DNA of 64,000 bases from Bacteroidales bacterium (lineage in GTDB: Bacteria; Bacteroidota; Bacteroidia; Bacteroidales; UBA12077): NCBI GenBank assembly GCA_027859205.1, contig JAQIBH010000183.1, positions 12,627-76,626 on the forward strand, written 5' to 3'. Made by a program: the position numbers and the translations under genes. The notes beneath the pieces were generated by a model. It was given only the letters and a program-made list of their open reading frames with translations. It was not told the DNA's origin and made no database searches. This document shows, piece after piece, positions 1 to 9,663 of this stretch (position 1 is its first letter; every line of letters starts with the position of its first letter).

Positions 1-354
1 GAGAGTATAAATAGTGAAAATAAATTATCAAAAAGCGATTCCTCTGAATTTTTATACCTAAAAGAAAATAAAAAAATGGTTAAAGTATTTTTAACAAATA
101 TACTTTATCTTGAGAGTATAAAAGATTACGTAAAAGTAGTTACTTTACGTAAAACCGTTATTACAAAACAGCAATTAAGTCATTTTGAATCAACACTAAA
201 TAACAATTTTTTACGAATTCACAGGTCGTTTATAGCCGCATTAAATAAAATTGATTCATATAGCTTTTCAAGTATTGATATAAATAAAACGGAGTTACCA
301 ATCGGTCGTAAATATAAAGAAACAGTTATAGATACATTAGAAAAACTTAAATAG
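1..354 (+). CDS. LytTR-family DNA-binding domain, the C-terminal part of a response regulator (5' end outside the window)
   Basis: Frame 1 is open from nt 1 (ESINSENKLSKSDSSEFLYLKENKKMVKVF...), so the listed 76..354 ORF is only the tail of a longer gene. The pattern FLYLKENKK-VKVFLTNILYLES...FLRIHRSFIAALNKI...LPIGRKY is typical of LytTR domains. Confidence 0.75.
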   Translation, partial: ESINSENKLSKSDSSEFLYLKENKKMVKVFLTNILYLESIKDYVKVVTLRKTVITKQQLSHFESTLNNNFLRIHRSFIAALNKIDSYSFSSIDINKTELPIGRKYKETVIDTLEKLK

Positions 355-369
355 AATAAATAGGATCTA

Positions 370-3300
370 ATGCGGAAATTTAACATAAGTCATATTATAT
401 TATTTTTGTTACTTTCTGTAATTTCCAATGTATTACTTGCCCAAGAAAAAGGATTAATTCTTTCAAAATATTACTCTCCAAAAGATTACAAAGCTGGTAC
501 TCAAAACTGGTGTATTACTCAAGATAGCAGAGGAGTATTATATTTTGGCAACGTCTCTGGCATTCTGGAATACGATGGAGAAACCTGGAGGAGTATACTT
601 GTCCCCAACGACGCTACTGTACGTAGTTTAGCTTTTGACCAAAACGATGTCTTATTTGCCGGAGCTTATGGCCAGATGGGCTTTTTATCGCCTGATTTAT
701 CAGGAAATCTGATCTACAAATCACTTAATCATCTCCTTGACTCCAGCCACAAAGATTTTGGAGAAATTTGGGATATCAATTGTTTTTCTGATACAGTTTT
801 TTTCCAAAGCGACAAATATATTTTCAGGTATCACAATAATAAATTTGATTATTGGAAAAGTAAAAATGATCGCTTTTATTTAAGTCATAAAATAAATAAT
901 TCTTTGCTTATTCAAGAAATGGGAATGGGTTTGATGGAATTTGTAGATGATAGTTTAGTTTTAATTGATGATGGAGATTTCTTTGCGGATATTAGAATTC
1001 ACAGTATTTTACCATATGGTGACGACTTGCTTGTTTGTACGCGCACTAAAGGATTTTACATTTACAGTAATTCAGGCAATAAAACTGAAATTAAATCATT
1101 CTCAGAAATTTCTTCTAAAACAAAAAGTATTAATAAATATTTTATTGATAATATATTTTACCATGGGATTGTGGTGACTGATAGCATTTATGCTTTAAGT
1201 ACAGTTACTGGAAATATATTAATTATTGATAAAAGTTGGAATATCATTGATGTTATAAATGACGAAACAATTGGTTTAAAAACTTCAATACATTATTTGT
1301 ATCAACAAAAAAACCAATCTCTTTGGATAGCATTAGGAAATGGAATATGTCAGGTAGAGATTTTATCTCCATATCGTTTCTGGAATGATGATAAAGGAAT
1401 TCATGGCACTCTTTCCGATGTTGCAAAAATAAAAGACAATTTATATATTTCTACTGGTACAGGAGTTTACTTTACTAATTCAAAAAAAACTTCCGAATTT
1501 GAACTAAGCACATTCAATCCAATAGAAGGCACTTTTGAACAATCGTGGGGGTTTTTATATTTCCAACCTTCAGACTCAAAACTAAAAAGCAATCCTTTTA
1601 AAGATACTGAAATCTCTAATCGAATAAGAACCGACGAAACTTTATTACTTGTATCAACTAGCAGGGGCTTATTTCAAATAATAGATGACAAATCAGTCCT
1701 GATTTCAGACCACAAAGCGATTTTTTTATCTTATCAGTATAAAAAAGATCCCGACATTTTATTCTTAGGTTTAAAACGCGGTGTAGCAATGTTAAGTTAT
1801 AAAGATGGGATATGGGAAAATCATGGATTAAAATATAATATTCTTGATGAAATTAGAAGTATTAACGAAGATTCTTTGGGAAACTTGTGGCTAAGCGCTG
1901 CTTACAAAGGGGTTTACAAAATTTCTAATCCTCTCTATGAGCATTTAGGTCTTAATAATATTGAATTTTTTGACACTTCAGCTAATTTAGCTTCTATAAA
2001 ATCAATCTACATTCATAATTTTCAAGATAACCTGATATTCGATGGTATCAACAATTCCTATACATACAATTCAAAAACAAGAAATTTTGAAGACTTTACA
2101 TTCCCCGAAGACACCGCCAATGTTGAATCACAGCAAATTAACGCTATAGATACTTTATCAGAATATCGTATTTATGAGGACGCACTTTCGAATTTTTATG
2201 TTATTGATGATGATGACCCCTATTCTTGGTTTGGTACAAATATGGGAACTTGTCGATATAATCACAGATCAAACAGAAATTTATTTGATATCTCACCCAC
2301 ATTAATTAGAAAAGTTATTGCCAGCGATTCATTAATATTTAATGGAACAAATTATCGCAAATATGAAAATCCCGAGAATATACCAATTTTAGATTTTGTT
2401 GTAGATACCAACCCAATTGTTGACCTTAGAACAGTTTTAGAATTTAAATATAATTCATTAACATTTTTCTTTGCATCGCCAAATTTTGAAGAAGAATTAA
2501 AAAACAAATACAGTTTCTATTTAGATAATTTTGATGATGACTGGTCTGAATGGACTATTGAAAGCAAAAAAGAATACACTAATTTACGTGAAGGGGATTA
2601 CGTTTTTAAAGTAAAAGCAATTAATATATATAATATTGAATCTCCTGCCGCAGAATTTAAATTTACAATTTTACCCCCTTGGTATAGAAGTTTTAGTGCT
2701 TTTCTTGGTTATAGTATTTTTGGCGTACTTCTTATCATACTTATTGTAAAACTGTACACTTATAGGTTAATTAAAGAAAAAGATAATTTAGAAAAAATAG
2801 TAATTGAGCGTACACAAGAAATCTTAATGCAGAAAGAAGAAATACTTGTTCAGTCGGAACATCTTAAAGATGCAAATGAGGGAATTGTTGCCAGGAATGA
2901 AGAATTAGAAAAACAAAAATGGGAAATTACCAATCAGGCATTAAAATTAAAAAAGGCTAACGTTGAGTTAATTAAGCTTTCAAAAGTGGCTAGTGAAACA
3001 GATAATGCCATAGCTATTTTTAATAAAGAGGGGACGATGGAATGGGTTAATGATGGTTTTACCAGAATGTACGGTTATACTTATGAACAATATGCTAATG
3101 AAAAAAACATTAACTTCCTTGAAGGAAGTTTTAATCCAAATATTCAAGAAGCTTTAAAATCTTGTATTAACGATAAAAAATCCGTTGTATATGAGTTCAA
3201 AACCAAAACAAGAGACGGAAAAGAATTATGGGCTCAAACTACGCTTACTCATGTAACTGACAAAAATGGGGAAACATTAAATTTAATTGCAATTGATTCT

Positions 3301-4056
3301 GATATCACAAAAATAAAACTTGCTGAAAGAGAATTGGCAGAACAAAGAGATAAATTGGAAATAAGTAATGCAACGAAAAATAAATTTTTCCGGATTATTG
3401 CACATGATCTTCGAAATCCAATAAGTACTTTAGCTGGATCAACAAATTTAATTTTTAATGCTTTTGATGACTTTGATAAAAAACAAACAAAGCTATTTAT
3501 TGGAGAACTAAACAAACTTTCGCATACTACATTTAATTTATTGGAAAATCTTCTTGATTGGTCGTCAACACAAATGGGTGAAATAAAATATCTTCCAAAA
3601 CCAATTGACTTAAGTTTATTAACAGCAGAAAACATTGAACTTATTGCTCCTAAAATTGATTCTAAAAACATTGAATTATCGGTAAATATTGATAAAAACA
3701 CCTTTGCATTTGCCGATGAGAATATGGTAAAAACTATAATTCGAAATTTACTTTCAAATGCCGTTAAGTTTACTCCCGAAAATGGCAAAATAGAAATATC
3801 CTGTAAAATAAAAGAACAGTTTTTAAGTTATTCGGTAAAAGACTCTGGAGTTGGAATAAATAAAGACGATCTTAAAAAACTTTTCCGGATTGATGAACAT
3901 CATACTACATCTGGGCTATCAAATGAAAAAGGTTCCGGATTAGGACTAATTCTTTGCAAGGAATTTGTTGAAAAAAACAAAGGTGCAATTTCAATTACAA
4001 GTGAACCAAACAATGGAACCTGCATTGAATTTACTTTAAAGAATCATCTTTCTTAA
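370..4056 (+). CDS. Sensor histidine kinase with periplasmic two-component-regulator propeller repeats, Y_Y_Y domain, TM helix, coiled coil, PAS, HisKA and HATPase_c domains
   Basis: N-terminal signal/anchor (IILFLLLSVISNVLLAQ). A ~750-aa repeat-rich region ends in a Y_Y_Y-like motif (YSFYLDNFDDDWSEWT...GDYVFKVKAINIYN). This is followed by a TM helix (FLGYSIFGVLLIILIV), a PAS region (AIAIFNKEGTMEWVNDGFTRMYGY), an H-box (FFRIIAHDLRNPIS), and N/G boxes (LLSNAVKFTPENG, DSGVGI, GSGLGL). There is no receiver or AraC domain. Confidence 0.85.
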   Translation: MRKFNISHIILFLLLSVISNVLLAQEKGLILSKYYSPKDYKAGTQNWCITQDSRGVLYFGNVSGILEYDGETWRSILVPNDATVRSLAFDQNDVLFAGAYGQMGFLSPDLSGNLIYKSLNHLLDSSHKDFGEIWDINCFSDTVFFQSDKYIFRYHNNKFDYWKSKNDRFYLSHKINNSLLIQEMGMGLMEFVDDSLVLIDDGDFFADIRIHSILPYGDDLLVCTRTKGFYIYSNSGNKTEIKSFSEISSKTKSINKYFIDNIFYHGIVVTDSIYALSTVTGNILIIDKSWNIIDVINDETIGLKTSIHYLYQQKNQSLWIALGNGICQVEILSPYRFWNDDKGIHGTLSDVAKIKDNLYISTGTGVYFTNSKKTSEFELSTFNPIEGTFEQSWGFLYFQPSDSKLKSNPFKDTEISNRIRTDETLLLVSTSRGLFQIIDDKSVLISDHKAIFLSYQYKKDPDILFLGLKRGVAMLSYKDGIWENHGLKYNILDEIRSINEDSLGNLWLSAAYKGVYKISNPLYEHLGLNNIEFFDTSANLASIKSIYIHNFQDNLIFDGINNSYTYNSKTRNFEDFTFPEDTANVESQQINAIDTLSEYRIYEDALSNFYVIDDDDPYSWFGTNMGTCRYNHRSNRNLFDISPTLIRKVIASDSLIFNGTNYRKYENPENIPILDFVVDTNPIVDLRTVLEFKYNSLTFFFASPNFEEELKNKYSFYLDNFDDDWSEWTIESKKEYTNLREGDYVFKVKAINIYNIESPAAEFKFTILPPWYRSFSAFLGYSIFGVLLIILIVKLYTYRLIKEKDNLEKIVIERTQEILMQKEEILVQSEHLKDANEGIVARNEELEKQKWEITNQALKLKKANVELIKLSKVASETDNAIAIFNKEGTMEWVNDGFTRMYGYTYEQYANEKNINFLEGSFNPNIQEALKSCINDKKSVVYEFKTKTRDGKELWAQTTLTHVTDKNGETLNLIAIDSDITKIKLAERELAEQRDKLEISNATKNKFFRIIAHDLRNPISTLAGSTNLIFNAFDDFDKKQTKLFIGELNKLSHTTFNLLENLLDWSSTQMGEIKYLPKPIDLSLLTAENIELIAPKIDSKNIELSVNIDKNTFAFADENMVKTIIRNLLSNAVKFTPENGKIEISCKIKEQFLSYSVKDSGVGINKDDLKKLFRIDEHHTTSGLSNEKGSGLGLILCKEFVEKNKGAISITSEPNNGTCIEFTLKNHLS

Positions 4057-4152
4057 TATTTCTTTAACCCTTTTAACTTTTATTAACTATTTGCTAAACA
4101 ATTTTTTACATTTTATTGAGTATTTATATTATCAAACAAATACCCAAAATGT

Positions 4153-5481
4153 ATGACAGCTAAAAACGAAGCTAAATTCTGGATAAAAAATTCAATTACA
4201 ATTAAATTTATAGTTATTGGAATAATAATTTTGGCACTTTTGATTCCTGCCGAAATGATAAAAAACCTTATTCACGAACGGAATGGGTTAAGAAATAATG
4301 TAGTTAGCGAGGTAAGTTACAAATGGGGTAATCCTCAAACTATAGCTGGCCCAATTATTACAATACCGTATAAACAATACTTTAAAAAAGATAAAGAAAT
4401 TATAGAAAAAATAAATTACGCTCAATTTTTACCAGAAGAATTAAATGTTAAAGGTACCATTAACCCAGAAATCAGATATAGAAGTATTTATAAGGTTGTT
4501 GTTTATAATGCCAATTTAAATTTTAGCGGAAGTTTTAATAAACCCGATTTTAGTTTATGGAATATACCTGAGTCCGATATTCTTTGGAACGAAGCCACGC
4601 TTTCCATAAGGATCCCCGATATGCGTGGGATAAAAGATGTAATTACTGTAAAATGGGATAAACATAAATATGATGTAAATCCTGGTATAAATACTCCAAA
4701 CACAAATTATACAGGTGTATCAACATTGATTGATATTAATAAATCTGATAATTTTAATTTTCAATTTGATTTAAATATAAATGGTAGCGAATCCTTGAAC
4801 TTTATACCTGTAGGAAAACAAACCAATGTTGATTTAAATTCGGAATGGACAGACCCTAGTTTTGAAGGTTCATTTTTACCTAATAATAGAGATATAAGTG
4901 AAGCCGGGTTTAGTGCAGGCTGGAAGGTTCTTCATTTAAACAGGTCATATCCGCAGCAATGGATTGGAGACAAATATACAATTGATGAATCATCCTTTGG
5001 TGTAAAATTATTACTTCCGGTTGATCATTATCAGAAATCATTACGATCGGTTAAATATGCAATTATGTTTATTGCTTTAACATTTTTAATTTTCTTCTTT
5101 ACCGAAATATTAAATAAAAAGAGGATTCATCCTATACAATACTTGCTAGTAGGCCTGGGGTTAAGTGTCTTTTATACCCTCCTGGTATCATTATCCGAAC
5201 AAATCAGCTTTAACCTGGCCTACTTAATAGCAAGTTTCTCAATTATTTCTTTAATTACTGCATACTCATATAGTTTGTTAAAAAGTAAAAAGCTTACAGC
5301 AATTGTAGCTTTAGTTTTAATTATACTATATGTGTTTTTGTTTACGGTTATTCAATTGCAGGATTATTCATTATTACTTGGTAGTATTGGATTATTTATT
5401 GCGCTTGCAATAGTAATGTATTTATCGAGAAAAGTAGATTGGTATTCGAATTTAACAAGTAGTAATAGTTCAGATGTTTAA
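4153..5481 (+). CDS. creD: CreD-family cell-envelope integrity inner-membrane protein
   Basis: One N-terminal TM helix, then the CreD-like motif ERNGLRNNVVSEVSYKWGNPQTIAGPIITIPY, a large extracytoplasmic region and a C-terminal cluster of about 5 TM helices. This architecture is typical of CreD. Confidence 0.75.
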   Translation: MTAKNEAKFWIKNSITIKFIVIGIIILALLIPAEMIKNLIHERNGLRNNVVSEVSYKWGNPQTIAGPIITIPYKQYFKKDKEIIEKINYAQFLPEELNVKGTINPEIRYRSIYKVVVYNANLNFSGSFNKPDFSLWNIPESDILWNEATLSIRIPDMRGIKDVITVKWDKHKYDVNPGINTPNTNYTGVSTLIDINKSDNFNFQFDLNINGSESLNFIPVGKQTNVDLNSEWTDPSFEGSFLPNNRDISEAGFSAGWKVLHLNRSYPQQWIGDKYTIDESSFGVKLLLPVDHYQKSLRSVKYAIMFIALTFLIFFFTEILNKKRIHPIQYLLVGLGLSVFYTLLVSLSEQISFNLAYLIASFSIISLITAYSYSLLKSKKLTAIVALVLIILYVFLFTVIQLQDYSLLLGSIGLFIALAIVMYLSRKVDWYSNLTSSNSSDV

Positions 5482-5540
5482 GTTGATTTTTGTAAATTAG
5501 TTTTCGTTCTTCGTGGGTGTCCAAAATGAACTAAGAGTTT

Positions 5541-7490
5541 TTATTTAAACACAACCCAGCCACGTTCCTTTGAAATATCATTTATTACAGAAGTTATTTG
5601 CATAAATTCCTTTTGTAACTTATTAACTTCATCATTTGAAATCTTCTTATCATCTACTTCTTTTAATTTTTCCTTTGCATCACTTTGGGCTATTTCCAGA
5701 ATTTTTCGTTTATAGGCAATTATTGTTTCCGGAACCATTTGCTTTATTTTCATGTCCTCGGTTGCAACATGGGCTCCGCCCTTTTCAAAAATTTTACTCA
5801 AGGTATACGAAGAACTCAGTAAATCTGCAGCAAGTTTACTAATTTTAGGATCCTGATGATAAATAAAATGCTTGTTGTCCAAGCTCTCTCCTGAATTAAC
5901 TACATTAAGATATTCCTGAAATATTTGTTTATAAACGAGGTTCTTAAATTCTAAATCATCATTCAATATTTCTCCTATTGTATATTCTGCAACCGTAACA
6001 TCACGAGGCTCATCATACTTATCCTCTTGGTAGGTATATAATACTTTATCTGAATACAGCAATAATAATCGAATAATCTCTTTTTCCTGAGCTTCCGAGT
6101 AAATATCATCCACAAACGAAGGAACAGGTGGAGATGCCGATATAAAATTATCCTCAGGTGAAATATTTCGTTTATAATCTTTCTCAAAGTTCTTTCTGCG
6201 GATTTTATTTATCTCACCGTAAAGAATCTTTTCTGAAATTCCCAGAATAGTACTACACTCTTTTATATAAACGGTTCTTATAATTGTTTCAGGAATAACG
6301 GCTATTGATCGTACTATATCTGAAATAAGATTTGCCTTTTTTACAGGATTATTCTTCGATTCATTAAATAATAATCGTGTTTTAAAAGTAATAAAATCTT
6401 CTTCGTTTTTTTCAATAAAATCAATATACTCGCTTGAACTTTTGCTCTTTGCAAACGAGTCTGGATCTTCTCCTTCGGGCAATAAAAGTACTCGTACATT
6501 TAATCCTTGTTCAAGTACCAAATCAATTCCTCGAAGTGATGCCTTTATTCCGGCTGCGTCGCCATCATAAATAATAGTAACATTAGGTGTAAACCGTTTT
6601 ATTAAACGAATTTGATCAACGGTTAACGAAGTTCCTGAAGATGCCACAACATTTTCAATACCAGACTGATGCATTGATATCACATCTGTATAACCCTCAA
6701 CCAAATAACATTTATCTAATTGTGTTATAGATTTCTTGGCATGGAACATTCCGTACAGTACTCTGCTCTTATGATAAATATCCGATTCAGGAGAATTTAC
6801 ATATTTTGCTGCTTTTACATCTTTTTTAAGTATCCTCCCACCAAAGCCTATCACGTTTCCAGATAAGCCATGAATAGGAAACATTACACGACCACGAAAT
6901 CGATCATATTTTCCATTCTCATTGACAATTGTTAGTCCCGTTTTTTCGAGAAAATCTATTTTATACCCATTTTCCTTTGCAGCGGTAGTAAAGGCATCTT
7001 TAACATCAAGGCTATAACCTAACTCAAACTTATTTATAGTATCGTCCCGAAATCCCCGTTCTTTAAAATAGCTCAAGCCAATTGCTCTGCCATCATTATT
7101 TTTGTGAAGTTTTTCTTGAAAATAGGTGTTTGCATATTTGGTAACAACTAAAAGACTATCCCTTTCGTTTTGTTGCTGAATCTCTTCAGCGGTTAATTCC
7201 TTTTCAACAACTTCGATGTTATACTTTTTTGCAAGATATTTTAGAGCCTCGGGATACCCTAAATGCTCATGTTCCATTATAAAATTAACTGAATTCCCTC
7301 CTTTTCCACATCCAAAACATTTGTAGATCCCTTTTGCTGGTGAAACAGTAAACGAAGGTGTTTTTTCATTATGAAAAGGGCATAAACCTAAATAATTAAC
7401 GCCCCGTTTTTTTAAATTAATATAATCTTGAACAACTTCAGTAATTTCAGCTGTATCAATAATTTTTTGTATGGTATTATGATCTATCAT
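5541..7490 (-). CDS. dnaG: DNA primase
   Basis: Zinc-ribbon motif CPFHNEKTPSFTVSPAKGIYKCFGCGKGGNSVNFIMEHE, a TOPRIM region (YLVEGYTDVISMHQSG...IYDGDAAGIKA), and a length of 649 aa. Confidence 0.95.
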   Translation of the reverse strand: MIDHNTIQKIIDTAEITEVVQDYINLKKRGVNYLGLCPFHNEKTPSFTVSPAKGIYKCFGCGKGGNSVNFIMEHEHLGYPEALKYLAKKYNIEVVEKELTAEEIQQQNERDSLLVVTKYANTYFQEKLHKNNDGRAIGLSYFKERGFRDDTINKFELGYSLDVKDAFTTAAKENGYKIDFLEKTGLTIVNENGKYDRFRGRVMFPIHGLSGNVIGFGGRILKKDVKAAKYVNSPESDIYHKSRVLYGMFHAKKSITQLDKCYLVEGYTDVISMHQSGIENVVASSGTSLTVDQIRLIKRFTPNVTIIYDGDAAGIKASLRGIDLVLEQGLNVRVLLLPEGEDPDSFAKSKSSSEYIDFIEKNEEDFITFKTRLLFNESKNNPVKKANLISDIVRSIAVIPETIIRTVYIKECSTILGISEKILYGEINKIRRKNFEKDYKRNISPEDNFISASPPVPSFVDDIYSEAQEKEIIRLLLLYSDKVLYTYQEDKYDEPRDVTVAEYTIGEILNDDLEFKNLVYKQIFQEYLNVVNSGESLDNKHFIYHQDPKISKLAADLLSSSYTLSKIFEKGGAHVATEDMKIKQMVPETIIAYKRKILEIAQSDAKEKLKEVDDKKISNDEVNKLQKEFMQITSVINDISKERGWVVFK

Positions 7491-7765
7491 AAATCTATTC
7501 AGCAGAATTTCAGCATCTTAACAATTTAAGAGCATCAGCTAAATTACTAAAAATAAAGGCAATTTATTATACTGTTATAATATCTTTTTGATTTAAAATT
7601 ACTATTCATTAATTTACTTAAATTTGAATTTAGAAAAAGAATAAAATTGAAACAAATTGAAATAATTATTCAAATAAAAACTAATAATATCGAATATCAA
7701 TCGATAAATAAACAAAATTCCCATAGCAAACGGGCGAGAAAGTTACAAACTTAAAATATAAACAT

Positions 7766-8449
7766 ATGAAAAATTTAGTAGTTCTTTCTGGTGCAGGCAT
7801 TAGTGCCGAAAGTGGCATAAAAACTTTTCGTGATATGGGCGGACTTTGGGAAGAATACGATGTAATGGAAGTTGCAAGTCCACAGGCATGGGAAAGTAAT
7901 CCACAATTAGTAATGCGATTTTATAATGAACGAAGGAAGAAGCTATTAGAGGCAGTTCCTAATGAAGGACATAAAGGATTGGTTGAGCTTGAAAAGTATT
8001 TCAATGTGCAAATTATAACTCAAAATGTTGATGATTTGCATGAAAGAGCTGGGAGTAAAAATATTCTTCATTTGCATGGCGAACTTAGAAAATCTCGAAG
8101 CACATTTGACTCAAACCTTATATACGATATTAATGGTTGGGAACTTAAACTTGGTGATAACTGCGAAAAAGGGCATCAATTGCGTCCACATATTGTTTGG
8201 TTTGGAGAAGCGGTTCCAGCTATTTCTGCTGCAGCAGAAATATGCGAATATGCTGACATTTTAGTTGTCGTTGGGACTTCACTAAATGTATATCCTGCTG
8301 CTGGTTTAATTAATTATGCACCAAAAAGTATTCCTATATATTTAATAGATCCTAATGATGTTAATACATCACACAAAACTATAACTTTTATCAAGGAAAA
8401 AGCAAGTACGGGAATACAGAAATTAATAAATTTATTAACTGAGAATTAA
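7766..8449 (+). CDS. cobB: Sir2-family NAD-dependent protein deacylase
   Basis: Contains GAGISAESGIKTFRD, ITQNVDDLHERAG, LHGEL, VWFGE and VVGTSLNVYPAAG, the canonical sirtuin motifs. Confidence 0.9.
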   Translation: MKNLVVLSGAGISAESGIKTFRDMGGLWEEYDVMEVASPQAWESNPQLVMRFYNERRKKLLEAVPNEGHKGLVELEKYFNVQIITQNVDDLHERAGSKNILHLHGELRKSRSTFDSNLIYDINGWELKLGDNCEKGHQLRPHIVWFGEAVPAISAAAEICEYADILVVVGTSLNVYPAAGLINYAPKSIPIYLIDPNDVNTSHKTITFIKEKASTGIQKLINLLTEN

Positions 8450-8829
8450 TGATTAATTAGAATTTTTCTGGTCTTAAGAAGTTTCCCGTCAATTTTTAAA
8501 GAACAGAAATACAGCCCATTTTTATAATCAGACACAGAAATTTTTATATTGTCTTGTCTCTCATCAAGGATTCTTGTGTAAACAACAGCACCAATTGTAT
8601 TATAAATTTGAAGCTTTGCTTCTTTAACAAAAATAATATCATACTCAATAAAAAAGTGGTCTGTAGCAGGATTTGGGTATAATTTTAATTTTTGAATATC
8701 GTAAAAATTAACCACACTAGAATCTTCCTGTATTTGATTACTAAAAGGATTTTCTATGCTGGCATTTTGGCTTGCAAATGCAGAACCATAAATAATTACA
8801 GAAGCAACGAGAAGTAATAATTTTTTCAT
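8446..8829 (-). CDS. Small secreted protein consisting almost only of a signal peptide and a T9SS type-A C-terminal sorting domain
   Basis: Start re-called at MKKLLLLVASVIIYGSAFA|SQ. The C-terminal ~85 aa (LKLYPNPATDHFFIEY...NGLYFCSLKIDGKLLKTRKILIN) match the Por secretion tail pattern. Confidence 0.7.
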   Translation of the reverse strand: MKKLLLLVASVIIYGSAFASQNASIENPFSNQIQEDSSVVNFYDIQKLKLYPNPATDHFFIEYDIIFVKEAKLQIYNTIGAVVYTRILDERQDNIKISVSDYKNGLYFCSLKIDGKLLKTRKILINH

Positions 8830-8985
8830 ACACAATGTAATTAATTAGCAACAAGGTACAAATAAACAAAAACTATACCAAGGTATACGAGCCAAAAATG
8901 TTAAAGTTTACTAATAAATCTTAATATTATAAATTCTACTATAACTTTTTTAACTAATTTTAGATCATTATTATATTTGTAAGCC

Positions 8986-9663
8986 ATGAAAAAATATCTC
9001 TTCATATTATATATATTTTTAATAAGCCAAATAGGATTTGCCCAAACTTTTGGTGGTGGAATTTTTGCTGGTCTTTCTGCTTCACAACTTGATGGTGATC
9101 TTTCAGGTGGATACAATAAAGCTGGTTTATCTTTTGGCATTTATACTAATGTGATGTTAAATAAATACATTGATGCTCAGTTAGAATTAAAATACATTCA
9201 GAAAGGAAGCAATAATAAAAGTGAAGATATAAACTCGCTGTATGTTTCTAAACTAAATTATATTGAACTTCCGGTTTTTTTAAAATATAGATTCCTAAAT
9301 AAATTCAGTGCCAATGTTGGCATAGCAGCAGGTTATCTTCAAAAGGCTTCAGAAACCAAAGGAGGCATTGATGATGATCCAGATAGTAAGGATTTTAATA
9401 CTTTTGAATTTTCCGGTATTGCAGGAGTAGAATATCAAATTTCAAATAGATTTTTGTTCAATGTGCGTTTTAATTATTCTATACTACCTATTAGAGCTAA
9501 TCCAGGGGATCAAACATTTTTTCTAAATCAAGGGCAGTACAACAATGTACTTACTTTTGCTGTTTATTATCAGTTGGCAAATTCAAATCCAAATTCATAT
9601 GCAAAAAGGGGAAAGAAAGATTGTGATTGCGATAACCGGCGCAAGCGGTTCAGTATACGCTAA
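8986..9663 (+). CDS. Outer-membrane beta-barrel protein (PorT/OMP_b-brl_2-like)
   Basis: Signal peptide (LFILYIFLISQIGFAQ) followed by alternating-hydrophobic beta-strand segments, with YIELPVFLKYRF and VGIAAGYL motifs. The 3' end overlaps the ubiX start by 65 nt. Confidence 0.7.
   Translation: MKKYLFILYIFLISQIGFAQTFGGGIFAGLSASQLDGDLSGGYNKAGLSFGIYTNVMLNKYIDAQLELKYIQKGSNNKSEDINSLYVSKLNYIELPVFLKYRFLNKFSANVGIAAGYLQKASETKGGIDDDPDSKDFNTFEFSGIAGVEYQISNRFLFNVRFNYSILPIRANPGDQTFFLNQGQYNNVLTFAVYYQLANSNPNSYAKRGKKDCDCDNRRKRFSIR

Noticed and set aside
3249-3788. 179-aa ORF antisense to the histidine kinase gene. Similar long antisense ORFs occur at 25659-26132 (157 aa, within ileS), 21235-21555, 38404-38712 and 40063-40386.
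   Set aside because: All lie entirely inside strongly supported genes. Their translations are low-complexity and S/F/I/L/N-rich, as expected from reading K/E/N-rich codons backwards. They have no promoter-like context or recognisable motifs.
7511-7522. The 12-mer TTCAGCATCTTA is shared between the dnaG upstream region and the lgt upstream region (~36478-36489).
   Set aside because: A single shared 12-mer within 64 kb is expected by chance, and there is no extended similarity around it.
7491-7765. 275-nt AT-rich divergent intergenic region (dnaG/cobB) containing a TAAATTTG box at 7619-7626, 140 nt from the cobB ATG. It could encode a small RNA or a long leader.
   Set aside because: There are no convincing conserved stems, terminator or GC-rich core. 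The only structure is a 6-bp palindrome (TATCGA...TCGATA), and a -7-box match alone is expected by chance in AT-rich DNA.
7766-8449. The sirtuin lacks the usual Cx2C...Cx2C zinc-ribbon cysteines.
   Set aside because: From memory, short Bacteroidota CobB-type sirtuins commonly have this reduced zinc module, so it is probably lineage-typical rather than a defect. I cannot verify this without alignments.
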